A stretch of 63,016 bases of DNA, counting the filler, from Phoronis australis (lineage: Eukaryota; Animalia; Phoronida): the NCBI GenBank assembly GCA_002633005.1. It is 10 parts of 10 records of this genome, joined end to end, with 100 filler letters (N's around TTAATTAATTAA, not from the genome) between each part and the next. Parts side by side here need not be neighbours in the genome. Positions count along the whole stretch, not along the records: positions 59,722 to 63,016 come from NMRA01000214.1; 9 more parts are not named here. One strand, given 5' to 3'. A program made the translations under genes and the position numbers. This document shows, in pieces, positions 61,731 through 63,016 of the stretch; the stretch's first letter is position 1, and each line of letters starts with the position of its first letter. The notes beneath the pieces are model-generated. The model was not told the origin of the DNA and made no database searches. It worked only from the letters and a program-made list of their open reading frames with translations.

Positions 61731-63016
61731 GTGATTGGGACTCAGTCACAGGATCACACTGTTCATAGCACAAATTATGTCGTCCGTGAATATGACAGAG
61801 TTAGATGGAAGGCTGAAAGATGTAGTCAATTCATGTACAAGTTTGTCAGTGGGTTCCAAGTGTTCTCTAGTGATATAGCGAACCTTATTGAGAGCTGTCG
61901 GGTTGAAGACGCAGTTCAGTTGTTAAATGAAATGTATAAATCAGCTGCCTGCGACATGATTGTACACTCCAATGCTGCGGTTGAATTTGTGAAAACCCAA
62001 CCATCATGGTGGGATGAGGAGTTAGAGGTGCTGAAAAGATAGAGAAATTGTGCTCTGTCTGGTTTCCGACACTATAGTAATCAGGTTAATTTTAATAAGT
62101 ACAAAGAATTGCGACAAAAAACCCAACCATCATGGTGGGATGAGGAGTTAGAGGTGCTGAAAAGAGAGAGAAATTGTGCTCTGTCTGGTTTCCAACACTA
62201 TAGTAATCAGGTTAATTTTAATAAGTACAAAGAATTGCGACAAAAATTCAAAGTGACTTTTAAGTCAAAAGAAAGGTTATTTAAAGATGGACTGAGGAAA
62301 AACTTAATTGAAAATGTTAACAATCCCAGAGCGTTTTGGCAGCTAGTAAAATCATGCTCTAGGAAAATGACGTCAGACACTTCTATTTCTGCTGATGAAT
62401 GGTTATGCCACTTTCACTCACTCTTAAACCAAGAAAATCCTGATAATGGACGTATGATTGGACAAATAGAAAGAAACTTGGCAAGTCATGATGTGTATTG
62501 TAATGACTGTATGGTAGATGACCCAAGTCAATTGAATCATGATTTTAGCGAAAGTGAGATTTTTGTCGTTCTTCGAGACCTACCGAACGGTAAGGCTTCC
62601 GGTGTTGACGGACTCGTTTATGAACTCTTTAAGTCCACCAGAGATTATATAACACCTGTTTTGACAAACATTTTTAATAGTGCTCTACGATCAGGGGAAT
62701 TTCCGCAGTCCTGGTGTGACGCTATAATATGTCCATTGCATAAGCAAGGGGACGTCAATGACGTAAATAATTATCGGGGTATTTCACTTCTACCTGTTCT
62801 CGGGAAAATTTTTACGAAACTCATAAACGCTCGTCTAACAAGTTGGGCCAACGACAACGACTTATTTAACGAAGCTCAGGCTGGTTTTAGAAAGGGGTAT
62901 AGTACAATAGACCAAATTTTTACCTTACAAGGAATTTTTCATAAGTACTTGAGTAAGCGCAGGGGCAGATTTTATGCTATATACGTGGATTTTTCTCGGG
63001 CCTTTGACAGCATTTC
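61731..63016 (+). mobile_element. 5'-truncated LINE ORF2 (reverse transcriptase, RTE-X-like), runs off window
   Basis: PSWWDEE...FWQLVK...NGKASGVDG...NYRGISLL..LGKIF...EAQAGFRKGYSTIDQIFTL...YVDFSRAFDS; open from ~62043 to the window end; 126-bp internal duplication. Confidence 0.92.

Overview
Draft-assembly window from an invertebrate animal genome (spliceosomal introns, AT-rich; a marine deuterostome is my inference), broken by nine 100-bp N gaps carrying a TTAATTAATTAA linker. It opens with the last five exons of RNF220 (1-2737, +). The main unexplained structure is a ~16-kb higher-order tandem array (~8.15-24.3 kb). It is built from two ancient paralogous blocks (L ~570 bp, H ~600-950 bp), with about 24 copies of one hairpin-forming core and about 21 of a second. 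The + strand carries a repeated GT-AG intron-like segment. The - strand carries a fossil Gly-rich reading frame with recurrent NKQSR..[VA]KR dibasic motifs, suggesting a decayed secreted polyprotein gene and/or a structured lncRNA array. The remainder holds an orphan acidic 163-aa exon, two CoREST (RCOR)-like ELM2 mini-exons with a 1-nt deletion, an isolated TIL-domain exon and many transposon remnants: L1/Tx1, Gypsy, RTE-X, MITEs and an internally deleted Kolobok with THAP and KolX genes. All identifications are by eye; no searches were run.
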